Shown in pieces: positions 54,930 through 63,029 of a stretch of DNA of 64,000 bases; position 1 is the first letter of the stretch, and each line of letters opens with the position of its first letter. The notes under the pieces are model-generated. The model worked only from the letters and a program-made list of their open reading frames with translations, was not told the DNA's origin and made no database searches. The DNA is from Clostridia bacterium (GTDB lineage Bacteria; Bacillota; Clostridia; Christensenellales; CAG-138), in assembly GCA_017416425.1 (NCBI GenBank), contig JAFQCL010000029.1, forward strand, positions 28,703 to 92,702. The letters are read 5' to 3'. Position numbers and translations under genes: made by a program.

Positions 54930-56237
54930 TCACCTGCCTTCCATGAAACGCAGGTCGTATTGTCCTGCTATGAATCTTTTATCGCTTACAAGCGTAAATT
55001 GTTCCTTTATATTGGTCTCCACGCCATCGATGACAAGCTCGCAGAGGGCAGCCTTAAGCTTTCGCATGGCTTCCTCCCTCGTGCCCGCGTATACGATGAG
55101 CTTACCTATGAGTGAATCGTAAAATGGGGATACATTCGCGCCTTGAACCATGTATGTGTCAAAACGCACGAAGGGTCCGCCGGGTATATGAAGCATAGTC
55201 ACCTGTCCCGGCGACCTTGCATTTATGCGGCATTCAACGGCAACGCCGTTAATCGCGACTTCCTCCTGCGTGAAGCGTATGGGAATGCCGGCGGCGGTGC
55301 GTATCTGCCATTTTACAAGGTCTATATTTGTAAGCATCTCGGTTACGGTATGCTCCACCTGAAGGCGCACGTTCATCTCCATAAACCAAAAGCATCCCGC
55401 CTCGTCAAGCAAAAATTCAAGCGTGCCCACACCCACATAGCCTATTTTCTTTATGGCTGCCGTTGCGGCCTGCATAAGCTCTTTTCGTGTATTTTCGTTC
55501 ACGGCGGGCGATGGGGATTCCTCAATAAGCTTTTGATGACGCCTCTGTATGGAGCAGTCACGCTCCCCAAGGCTTACTACATTTCCCATTTCATCGGCCA
55601 GTATCTGAACCTCTATATGCCGTGCGGGATATATGTATTTTTCAATGTATAGCGCGCCGTCTCCAAATGCCGACTCGGCCTCTTTAATCGCGAGCGGGAA
55701 CCGGTTTTGCATATCCTCGGGAGCGGCTATCATCCTTATCCCTCGTCCGCCACCGCCCGCCCTTGCCTTTAGCATTACGGGATAGCCTATCTCTTTGGCA
55801 ACATCAAGCGCGGCCTCAAGCGTAAAGACGACCTTGCTTCCGGGGATCACATTTAAGCCCGCCTCCTGCATAAGGGTCTTTATTACGGCTTTATCGCTGA
55901 GCCTTTCCATATCCTCTGCAAAGGGGCCTATAAAGGCTATGCCGTTTTTGCGGCAAAGCGCAGCAAAATGCGCGTTTTCGGAGAGAAAACCATAGCCGGG
56001 GTGGATGGCCTTTGAATCCGTTACGAGCGCGGCGCTTATTATGCGCTCCTCATTAAGATAGCTTTCGGTGGCAGAGGAAGGGCCTATACATATGCTTTCA
56101 TCGGCAAGCGCCACATGCAGAGCATCGGCATCGGGCTTAGAGTATACCGCTACCGTAGCAATGCCCATCTCCTTACAGGCACGAATTATTCGTACCGCTA
56201 TTTCTCCGCGGTTTGCTATCAGTATCTTTGAAAACAT
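54930..56237 (-). CDS. accC: Biotin carboxylase
   Basis: MFSKILIANRGEIAVRIIRACKEMGI, ATP-grasp motifs and EMNVRLQVEH. Confidence 0.9.
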   Translation of the reverse strand: MFSKILIANRGEIAVRIIRACKEMGIATVAVYSKPDADALHVALADESICIGPSSATESYLNEERIISAALVTDSKAIHPGYGFLSENAHFAALCRKNGIAFIGPFAEDMERLSDKAVIKTLMQEAGLNVIPGSKVVFTLEAALDVAKEIGYPVMLKARAGGGGRGIRMIAAPEDMQNRFPLAIKEAESAFGDGALYIEKYIYPARHIEVQILADEMGNVVSLGERDCSIQRRHQKLIEESPSPAVNENTRKELMQAATAAIKKIGYVGVGTLEFLLDEAGCFWFMEMNVRLQVEHTVTEMLTNIDLVKWQIRTAAGIPIRFTQEEVAINGVAVECRINARSPGQVTMLHIPGGPFVRFDTYMVQGANVSPFYDSLIGKLIVYAGTREEAMRKLKAALCELVIDGVETNIKEQFTLVSDKRFIAGQYDLRFMEGR

Positions 56238-56656
56238 GCTTCACGCTCCATAATGACGAATGAAAACTCCGCCTCTACGCATAGTCTGTCGCCTACATAG
56301 CCGCGGCCTTTTGCGTAATAAAAGGGCGGCTTTGCTCTTGTGATACTGCACTTTGTTTTAAATATATCCCCGGGCACGACAGGCGACTTAAAGCGAACGT
56401 TATTAAGCCCCGTATACATGGGCAGTTTTTCTTTTGTCATAACATCCTTTAGGAGTATGCAGGCGGACTGAGCAAGTATTTCACAGAGTATAACGCCCGG
56501 GACTATGGGATGATTTGGGAAGTGACCCTTTAAAAACCACTCATCGCCGCGAATGTAAAGCGAACCTATGGCGGTGTCGCCTATGTGCTCAACGCTATCA
56601 ATAAGCAGCATATTATCCCTGTGGGGGAGTATGCTTAAAAGCTCGTCTCTTGTCAT
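56219..56656 (-). CDS. fabZ: 3-hydroxyacyl-ACP dehydratase FabZ
   Basis: LPHRDNMLLID...HFPNHPIVPGVLCEILAQ hot-dog fold motif. Confidence 0.85.
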   Translation of the reverse strand: MTRDELLSILPHRDNMLLIDSVEHIGDTAIGSLYIRGDEWFLKGHFPNHPIVPGVILCEILAQSACILLKDVMTKEKLPMYTGLNNVRFKSPVVPGDIFKTKCSITRAKPPFYYAKGRGYVGDRLCVEAEFSFVIMEREACFQRY

Positions 56657-57081
56657 GCCATAGACCTCCGAATGCGAAACAGCTCACATCCATAGTCAAC
56701 TACCTGACCATTTTTTACGCATATTTCCATTAAAGTTCCGCCGTGATCGGCCGTTATCTCGTTCATGAGCTTCATCGACTCGATTATGCAAAGCTTGCTT
56801 CCGGGCTGGACCCTGTCGCCGACCTTAACAAAGGGTTCGGCATTTTCAGCGGGCGCTGCGTAGAATGTGCCTATCATTGGCGAAGAGACGCTTATGTGAT
56901 CGGAAGAAGGCTCAAAAGCGGCAGGCTGGGTTTGAATCTGAGCGCTGACAGGGGTCACCGTAGAAGCGGCAGCTCCTGCGCGCTCAAGACGCACAAAACA
57001 GTCGTTTTCCTTTATTTCAAGTCCGGTAAGCTCCAGCTCCTTCATAAGGACAGCGTATTTTCTGATATCTGATTCATTCAT
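56653..57081 (-). CDS. accB: Biotin carboxyl carrier protein
   Basis: 142 aa. Ala/Pro linker and a biotinyl domain with the CIIESMKLMNEI attachment motif. Confidence 0.85.
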   Translation of the reverse strand: MNESDIRKYAVLMKELELTGLEIKENDCFVRLERAGAAASTVTPVSAQIQTQPAAFEPSSDHISVSSPMIGTFYAAPAENAEPFVKVGDRVQPGSKLCIIESMKLMNEITADHGGTLMEICVKNGQVVDYGCELFRIRRSMA

Positions 57082-57213
57082 AAATATGACTATTACTTTC
57101 GCTGGGCGAAAGACTCCTTTCTACTGGAATTGGAATCGGTTTTGTAAAAATGCAAAGTCAAAGCCGGTAGGCTGATAAGGGCACAAAACACGGTTTGAAA
57201 ATTATTTTTAAAC
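57082..57213 (-). promoter_or_regulatory. Conserved structured intercistronic leader, copy 2 (fabF-accB spacer)
   Basis: Minus strand: AATTTTCAAACCGTGTTTTGTG (box 1), about 37 nt variable sub-hairpin, TACAAAACCGATTCCAATTCCAGT, AGAAAGGAG, CTTTCGC-cca-GCGAAAG (57096-57112), 14 nt, ATG. Aligns block by block with 61110-61224 and 17763-17827. Confidence 0.6.
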
Positions 57214-58455
57214 TTACACCTTTCTAAAGGCAAGGCAGGCGTTATGCCCTCCAAAACCAAGCGAGTTTGATAACGCAAGCTGAATATTGGCATGTACGGC
57301 CTTATTAGGTACATAGTTAAGGTCGCATTCCGGGTCGGGCTCAAGAAGATTTACGGTAGGCGGGATGATTCCCGTTTTCAAAGCCATGAGGCATGCTATG
57401 GCCTCTATAGCGCCGGCCGCTCCAAGCATATGACCAGTCATGGATTTTGTGGAGCTTATATAGGAAGCGCGCGCGTTTTCTTCGCCAAGGGCATTTTTTA
57501 TAGCCTTTGTTTCCGCTATATCGTTGAGCGGCGTGCCTGTTCCGTGGGCATTGACATATACCCGCTCATCTCCTGTGTAGCCTGCTTCACAAAGCGCTTC
57601 CTTCATGGCGCGCGCTCCGCCGCTTGCATCGGGAAGCGGGGCTGTGATGTGATACGCATCGCAGGTGGAGCCATAGCCGCAAACTTCGCCATATATGGTG
57701 GCTTTGCGTGAGATAGCGTGCTCGTATTCCTCAAGCACGAGAGCCGCTGCGCCTTCACCTATTACAAAACCACCTCGGCGTATGTCAAAGGGAAGGGATG
57801 CGGCGTTTGGATCTTCGGCTACGGAGAGAGCCTGCATATTTATAAAGCCCGCTACGCCGCATTCTGATATGGCAGCCTCGGAGCCTCCGGTGATGACCGC
57901 ATCCGCATAGCCGTGTCTAATCGCGCGAACGGCCTCGCCTATGGCGTTTGAACCTGAAGCGCAGGCAGTTACGGCGGGAAGCGCAGCGCCTTGGCAATTA
58001 TAGCGAATGGCTATCATGCCGGCTGCCATGTTGGCTATCATCATGGGCACAAAGTAGGGGGAAACTCTAGTGGGTCCGCGGCTTATAAGCTTTAGGTGCT
58101 CATCGGTAAATGTTCTTATGCCGCCAATGCCGGAGCCAAAGTATACCGCGACGCGCTCGGGGGGGAGAGTGCCTATAACTCCGCTTTCCAAAACCGCCTG
58201 ACCTGCCGCCGCGACTGCAAACTGCACGTATCTGTCGCTTCTTAGTACATCGGCCTTATCCATATAATCACGGGGATTAAAGCCCTTTACCTCTGCCGCG
58301 AGCCTTGCCTTATAATTGGTCGTATCAAAGAGCGTTATGGGAGCTATGCCGTGTATGCCGGCGGTCATGCTGCTCCAAACCTCATCTATGCTGCTGCCTA
58401 TCGGGCTGATCGCGCCAAGCCCTGTTACTACAACTCTACGAATATTCTGAATCAT
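57214..58455 (-). CDS. fabF: 3-oxoacyl-ACP synthase II
   Basis: 413 aa KAS II. Active-site ACASG, and HGTGT and GHMLGAAG motifs. Confidence 0.9.
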   Translation of the reverse strand: MIQNIRRVVVTGLGAISPIGSSIDEVWSSMTAGIHGIAPITLFDTTNYKARLAAEVKGFNPRDYMDKADVLRSDRYVQFAVAAAGQAVLESGVIGTLPPERVAVYFGSGIGGIRTFTDEHLKLISRGPTRVSPYFVPMMIANMAAGMIAIRYNCQGAALPAVTACASGSNAIGEAVRAIRHGYADAVITGGSEAAISECGVAGFINMQALSVAEDPNAASLPFDIRRGGFVIGEGAAALVLEEYEHAISRKATIYGEVCGYGSTCDAYHITAPLPDASGGARAMKEALCEAGYTGDERVYVNAHGTGTPLNDIAETKAIKNALGEENARASYISSTKSMTGHMLGAAGAIEAIACLMALKTGIIPPTVNLLEPDPECDLNYVPNKAVHANIQLALSNSLGFGGHNACLAFRKV

Positions 58456-58468
58456 CTTTAATTACTCC

Positions 58469-59206
58469 TTATATCGCAACGCCGCCGTCCACACGAAGCA
58501 CTTCGCCCGTTATATAGGTACTCGATGCAAGAAACGCGACCGCTTCGGCCACTTCCTCCGCTGTTCCCATACGGCCGAGCGGTATCATAGCGGCAAGGGG
58601 ATTGTTTTCCTGTGAGATATCCTTTGTCATGTCCGTTAAAATAAAGCCGGGCGCTACAGCATTGCAGGTGATACCCTTTGGCGCGAGCTCCCTTGCTACG
58701 GATTTGGTAAGCCCTATAAGGCCGGCCTTTGAAGCTGAATAGTTGGCCTGACCTGCGTTTCCGAGCATGCCCGAAACGGAGCTTATGTTTATGATGCAGC
58801 CGCCTTTGTTCCTTATGAAAAAGCTGCTGCAGTGGCGTATCATGTTGAACGCGCCCGTCAGGTTTACGGACAATACATCGGAGAAATCCCGCGCCTTCAT
58901 AGTGATAACGAGCCCGTCCTTTGTAATGCCCGCGTTATTTACGAGTATGTTTATATTGCCAAAATCAAGCTTTATGTTGGCAACTGTTTCCTTTACCGCG
59001 TCATAATCGGACACATCGCAGGAGTAAGCGGCGGATCTTACGTTAAATTCATCGCGGCAAGCCTGAGAAAGGGTCTTTGCAAGCTCCTTATTTCCCGCAT
59101 AGATTATGGCAACATCCGCTCCAAGGGATGAAAGCTTTTTAACTATAGCCGCGCCTATCCCGCGCGAGCCGCCTGTTACGACGGCAACTTTTCCTTTGAG
59201 ATTCAT
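58469..59206 (-). CDS. fabG: 3-oxoacyl-ACP reductase
   Basis: SDR protein with TGGSRGIG, NNAG and YSASK. 245 aa, in the fab operon. Confidence 0.9.
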   Translation of the reverse strand: MNLKGKVAVVTGGSRGIGAAIVKKLSSLGADVAIIYAGNKELAKTLSQACRDEFNVRSAAYSCDVSDYDAVKETVANIKLDFGNINILVNNAGITKDGLVITMKARDFSDVLSVNLTGAFNMIRHCSSFFIRNKGGCIINISSVSGMLGNAGQANYSASKAGLIGLTKSVARELAPKGITCNAVAPGFILTDMTKDISQENNPLAAMIPLGRMGTAEEVAEAVAFLASSTYITGEVLRVDGGVAI

Positions 59207-60114
59207 AGTACCTCCGATAATATAGCGTTAAGTCCCGCCTGATCCGAAAAACTAAAAGCGCGAACGCTTGAGTCGATCTTTTGGATAAGTCCGCAAAGGG
59301 TCTGTCCGGGGCCAAGCTCTATGAATGTGTCGGCGCCCTCTCTTATCATGTTTCTAACGATCTTTTCAAAGAGCACAGGTGAGGATATCTGCTTTGAAAG
59401 CAGCTCCTTCATATTTTCGCCATAGGGCATACCTGTAACATTCGAATAAAGCGGCATCATGGGGTTGTTCAGGTTATATGCATCAAGCTCTTTTAGATAC
59501 TCTGCGGCAGCGTCAGCCATAAAGGGGGAGTGGAAGCCCGCGTTTACCTTTAAAGGTACGCTTCTTCCTCCCACCGCTCTCACAGCCTTTAGAAAATCGG
59601 GCATGCTTTCACAAAGTCCCGCTACCGAAATCTGCCCGGGGCAGTTGTAATTTACAGGGTATACACAGTTAAAACCTGCGCAAAGCCTTTCGACATCTTC
59701 GTTTGAGAGCCTGAGTACCGCTACCATTTTTGTATCCACTTTTGCGGCAACAGCCTGCATCAGCTCGCCGCGCCTGCATACGAGCTTAAAGCCCGTCTCA
59801 ATATCCACAGCTCCCGAATAGGCGAGGGCGGCAATTTCACCTAAAGAAAAACCCGCGACCATATCTGCTTTTACGCCATGTTCCGCTAACACGGCAGCGC
59901 ATGCCATTTCGACAGCAAACATACACGGCTGTGTGTTCTTGGTTTCAAGAAGCGCCAACTCATCGCCAAAAAAGCACTCTGCGGATGTATTTGGTCTTAT
60001 TTCGTCCAAGCGGCGAAACATCTCCAAGGCCGCTCTGAAGCTATTATTAAGCTCAAGCCCCATTCCGGGGTACTGGGCGCCCTGACCTGCAAAAACAAAC
60101 GCTATTTTACCCAT
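59203..60114 (-). CDS. fabD: Malonyl CoA-ACP transacylase
   Basis: FAGQGAQYPGMG and the GFSLGE active-site motif. Confidence 0.9.
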   Translation of the reverse strand: MGKIAFVFAGQGAQYPGMGLELNNSFRAALEMFRRLDEIRPNTSAECFFGDELALLETKNTQPCMFAVEMACAAVLAEHGVKADMVAGFSLGEIAALAYSGAVDIETGFKLVCRRGELMQAVAAKVDTKMVAVLRLSNEDVERLCAGFNCVYPVNYNCPGQISVAGLCESMPDFLKAVRAVGGRSVPLKVNAGFHSPFMADAAAEYLKELDAYNLNNPMMPLYSNVTGMPYGENMKELLSKQISSPVLFEKIVRNMIREGADTFIELGPGQTLCGLIQKIDSSVRAFSFSDQAGLNAILSEVL

Positions 60115-61109
60115 TTTGATGCTCCTTTAAGTATTGCTGCCGCTTCCTCCGTTACCTCACGCACGATCTCGCCCGCAGGCTGATACTTTGTTACCATAGC
60201 GGCAGTTTGACCGGCCAAAAAGCAGCCGTTTTCCGGATCGCCCTCTACGACGGCCTTTCTTAAAGAGCCCACCGCGAAAGCTTCAAGCTCATCGTCCGTT
60301 ATGCCGCTATATTCCATTTTTTCATAGTTTCTCGAAAAAGGAGTTCTAAGGCTTCGAACGGGATGACCGAGCCTTTTTCCGGTGATGATGGTGCAGCGGT
60401 CGCTTGCTTTTAGTATTTTTTCCTTATATGCAGGGTGGATATTGCACTCATCCGCGCTTAAAAAGCGTGTGCCCATCTGAACGCCGCATGCCCCAAGCAT
60501 AAATGCTGCCGCCAAGCCTCGTCCGTCCGCTATTCCGCCCGCCGCTATTACGGGAAGCTTCACGGCATCGCATATCATGGGAATGAGCACCATGCTATTC
60601 ATATCCCCGATATGACCGCCGCTCTCGCCGCCTTCGGATATTACGGCGCATACGCCAAGCCTTTCCATGAGCTTTGCCATGGATGCTGCCGCTACAACAG
60701 GTATCACATGTATGCCAGCCTCCTTCCAGCTTGCAATGTACTTTGCGGGATTGCCTGCACCGGTGGTCACAACGGATACTCTCATATCGGCTACAAGCTT
60801 TGCTATATCATCGGCATGAGGGCTCATGAGCATTATGTTTACGCCAAAGGGCTTATCGGTAAGCGACCTTGCTATATTTATCTGTTCGCATACATATTCC
60901 TTGGGGGCGTTTCCGGCCGCAATTATTCCAAGGCCGCCGCCGTTTGATACCGCGGCAGCCAGTCTGCCATCGGAAATATGAGCCATTCCTCCCTGAAATA
61001 TGGGGTACTCGATGCCAAGCATCTCGCATAAAGGCGTTTTTATCATAACTATGACCAGAGCTTTTACGCAGCGAACGCCACAAAACACGGCTTGAAAATT
61101 GATTGCCAT
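60102..61109 (-). CDS. fabK: Enoyl-ACP reductase II (FabK, NPD/nitronate monooxygenase fold); start ambiguous (61109 or 61046)
   Basis: FabK similarity begins at Met22 (ATG 61046: MIKTPLCEMLGIEYPIFQGGMAHIS). The 21 upstream codons are made of a partial copy of the leader box 1. However, ATG 61109 has the same SD-hairpin-3 nt geometry as polA. Confidence 0.8.
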   Translation of the reverse strand: MAINFQAVFCGVRCVKALVIVMIKTPLCEMLGIEYPIFQGGMAHISDGRLAAAVSNGGGLGIIAAGNAPKEYVCEQINIARSLTDKPFGVNIMLMSPHADDIAKLVADMRVSVVTTGAGNPAKYIASWKEAGIHVIPVVAAASMAKLMERLGVCAVISEGGESGGHIGDMNSMVLIPMICDAVKLPVIAAGGIADGRGLAAAFMLGACGVQMGTRFLSADECNIHPAYKEKILKASDRCTIITGKRLGHPVRSLRTPFSRNYEKMEYSGITDDELEAFAVGSLRKAVVEGDPENGCFLAGQTAAMVTKYQPAGEIVREVTEEAAAILKGASKWVK

Positions 61110-61224
61110 GAGTTTCGCCGGGCAAAAATTTCCTTTCTTGTGGGATTGGTACTGGTTTTGTACAAACGCATAATCTTAGAAGCAAGTATGCGCAGGTCAC
61201 AAAACACGGTTATAAAATTTATGA
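61110..61224 (-). promoter_or_regulatory. Conserved structured intercistronic leader, copy 3 (acpP-fabK spacer)
   Basis: Minus strand: AATTTTATAACCGTGTTTTGTG (box 1), variable sub-hairpin CGCATA...TATGCG, TACAAAACCAGTACCAATCCCACA, AGAAAGGA, TTTTGC-ccg-GCGAAA (61113-61127, one G-U pair), ctc, ATG 61109. An extra box 1 copy lies at 61079-61100. Confidence 0.6.
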
Positions 61225-61455
61225 TTAAACTTTACTCCTGAGTTTTTTCTCGATGAAGGCAACAAGATCGCCGACCGTTTCTATCTTCTGATCCAATTCG
61301 ATCTCGATACCAAGCTTGTCCTCAAGATTCATGAGAAGATCGACCGTGTCAAGGGAATCTATGCCAAGATCACGGAACTTGCTTTCCATTTTGACCTCTG
61401 CTATGTCGCACTCAAGACGCTCCGAAATAAGCTCTGCAATTGCCTGAAATATCAT
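61225..61455 (-). CDS. acpP: Acyl carrier protein
   Basis: 76 aa. The LGIDSLDTVDL phosphopantetheine attachment motif. Confidence 0.9.
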   Translation of the reverse strand: MIFQAIAELISERLECDIAEVKMESKFRDLGIDSLDTVDLLMNLEDKLGIEIELDQKIETVGDLVAFIEKKLRSKV

Positions 61456-61485
61456 AATAAACCTCCTGAAAAAAGTTGTAATTAG

Positions 61486-61500
61486 GTTATCAGTGATAAC
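61486..61500. promoter_or_regulatory. Perfect 7-1-7 palindrome GTTATCA-g-TGATAAC between the acpP promoter and SD (candidate operator)
   Basis: Located 10-24 nt downstream of the -10 element and 31-45 nt upstream of the acpP ATG. Confidence 0.5.
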
Positions 61501-61510
61501 TTTTGGGTGA

Positions 61511-61539
61511 ATTATATCAACAAGCTAATATCTTGTCAA
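61511..61539 (-). promoter_or_regulatory. Consensus sigma-A promoter of the acpP-fab-acc operon
   Basis: Minus strand: TTGACA (61539-61534), 17 nt spacer, TATAAT (61516-61511). Confidence 0.7.
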
Positions 61540-61735
61540 CAGAATATTTTGGGAATTTATAACTTGTTTTCTTTTTTGTAATAATTGAAAAAGCCTGAAA
61601 AAATTACATTATATGGAATTAGCCAAAAATAAAGCAAAAATAGCGAAAGCAGCGACTGCCGCTCTCGCATGTACTGTTCACTTTTTGTTTGCATTTTAAG
61701 TTTGGTTATTTTAAGAGCTGCGCCGAGTAACAAAT

Positions 61736-61770
61736 AAAAAAAGACGCTATTTTACAATAACGTCTTTTTA
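61736..61770. terminator. Bidirectional intrinsic terminator downstream of the tRNA pair
   Basis: Stem AAGACG / CGTCTT with a 14-nt loop. A-run upstream and T-run downstream. Confidence 0.55.
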
Positions 61771-61774
61771 AAAG

Positions 61775-61845
61775 CAGCGGAAGCTGGATTCGAACCAACA
61801 CAATACGAGTCAGAGTCGTAGGTGCTACCATTACACAATTCCGCT
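61775..61845 (-). tRNA. tRNA-Gln (anticodon CUG)
   Basis: Manual cloverleaf. Acceptor AGCGGAA/TTCCGCT, D-arm GTGT-AATGGTA-GCAC, anticodon arm TACGA-CTCTGAC-TCGTA, 4-nt variable loop, T-arm GTTGG-TTCGAAT-CCAGC. CCA is not encoded. Confidence 0.8.
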
Positions 61846-62046
61846 ACGCTACATAAAAGGCTACCCATGATGCCGTCCGTCTTACATATATCACCCGCCC
61901 TCCGGCAGGGTGGAGATCATAAACAGTTTTCAGCTTATCGTCAGCGCAGAAAACGCTTTACCCGATGGCTTAGAACGTGCTATCCGAGCTCCAAAAATAA
62001 TGCGTCGGTATATCACATAAAACGTTACGCACAACGCAGGTCAGCC

Positions 62047-62123
62047 TGGTGGGATTAGTTGGAATCGAACCAACGACCTCTACGATGTCAACGTAGCGCT
62101 CTAACCAGCTGAGCTATAACCCC
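62047..62123 (-). tRNA. tRNA-Val (anticodon GAC)
   Basis: GGGGTTATAGCTCAGCTGGTTAGAGCGCTACGTTGACATCGTAGAGGTCGTTGGTTCGATTCCAACTAATCCCACCA. Canonical arms, with CCA encoded. Confidence 0.9.
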
Positions 62124-62301
62124 GATGTGCAAATAATATTATACACGAAGTGAGGAAAAATGCAAGTACTTTTTTAAAAATTTTTTAAATGTAAATATCT
62201 TTTACTTCAGGCTGATTTTTCTATGAATGATAAGAAAAATCGGGGCAAAGGCTTATTCTGACGCTTTGCCTCGAAAAACGATTTAATTATATATAATTGA
62301 G

Positions 62302-62868
62302 TCATGAGGGCATATTGTCATATAAAGCGCGCGGGCCGCCTATATATTTGGGTCTTGTTTTTGCCATGATAACGTTTGCATGACCTATGCTTCTATTTTG
62401 AGTATGTATCGGAACCACAACAGGATGCATATGCATTCCTATAAGCGTTCCACCAATGTCTATTCCAGCGCTTGCTTTTGCTTTTATATCTTCCACCATT
62501 ACAGGATCGTCAAAGCGTGCAAGCGCCTGAAGGGAAAACGCGCCGCCTGCGTGAAGCTGAGGACGCACCCAAACCTGAGTTAAGTCATAGCGCTGCATGC
62601 ACTCCCTTTCGACCACAAGGCAGCGATTTAAGTGCTCGCAGCATTGCACCGCAAGATAGCAGCCATGTTCCCTGAGCTTGGGTAAAAACGCACTCATAAT
62701 CGCGTGCGCTGCTTCCTCGCTTGAGGCGCTTCCTATCATTTTTCCGCAGACTTCGCTTGTGGAGCATCCAACGACCACTATATCGCCGGGCTTAAGCGAA
62801 ATCGCTTTTTCAAAAAGCTCATCGATTATAATACTTGCCTGATTATATATCTCATTTACTTTTTCCAT
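62302..62868 (-). CDS. UPF0340/YwlG-family (TIGR01440-like) protein
   Basis: ATG 62868 (MEKVNEIY...) has a GGGGG SD. GDIVVVGCSTSEV...AVQCCEHLNR...GGTLIGMH is as I recall for YwlG. The track's 31-aa extension is unlikely. Confidence 0.65.
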   Translation of the reverse strand: MEKVNEIYNQASIIIDELFEKAISLKPGDIVVVGCSTSEVCGKMIGSASSEEAAHAIMSAFLPKLREHGCYLAVQCCEHLNRCLVVERECMQRYDLTQVWVRPQLHAGGAFSLQALARFDDPVMVEDIKAKASAGIDIGGTLIGMHMHPVVVPIHTQNRSIGHANVIMAKTRPKYIGGPRALYDNMPS

Positions 62869-63029
62869 GGTTCTCAGCCCCCTGATATTACTGAAAATTG
62901 CCATTTTTAAGAGGCATTTTACTTTCGTGTTGATTATAGTACCGCCCGGCTTTAAAAGCAAGCAATTTGGACAAGTTTATAGTATAATGGGGTGAACGAG
63001 AATTATAAAGGAAAGTGATGGTTGTAAAT

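Noticed and set aside
57124-61162. Considered whether the conserved tracts in the fab spacers are FapR or FabT operators or internal sigma-A promoters
   Set aside because: The sequences do not match the FapR (AGTACC-type inverted repeat) or FabT (TTTGA...TCAAA palindrome) sites as I recall them. No acceptable -35/-10 pair with 16-18 nt spacing is present. The same element also occurs upstream of polA, which is not a lipid gene.
61587-61770. Possible plus-strand sRNA between the acpP promoter region and the tRNA terminator (TTGAAA-17-ATTATA, then about 150 nt, then a hairpin with a T-run)
   Set aside because: The -10 element is poor, the terminator T-run is short on this strand, and the hairpin is better explained as the terminator of the minus-strand tRNA transcript.
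61822-62058. 78-aa plus-strand ORF between the two tRNAs
   Set aside because: It overlaps both tRNA genes on the opposite strand, lacks an SD and is Arg/Ser/His-rich, so it is almost certainly non-coding.
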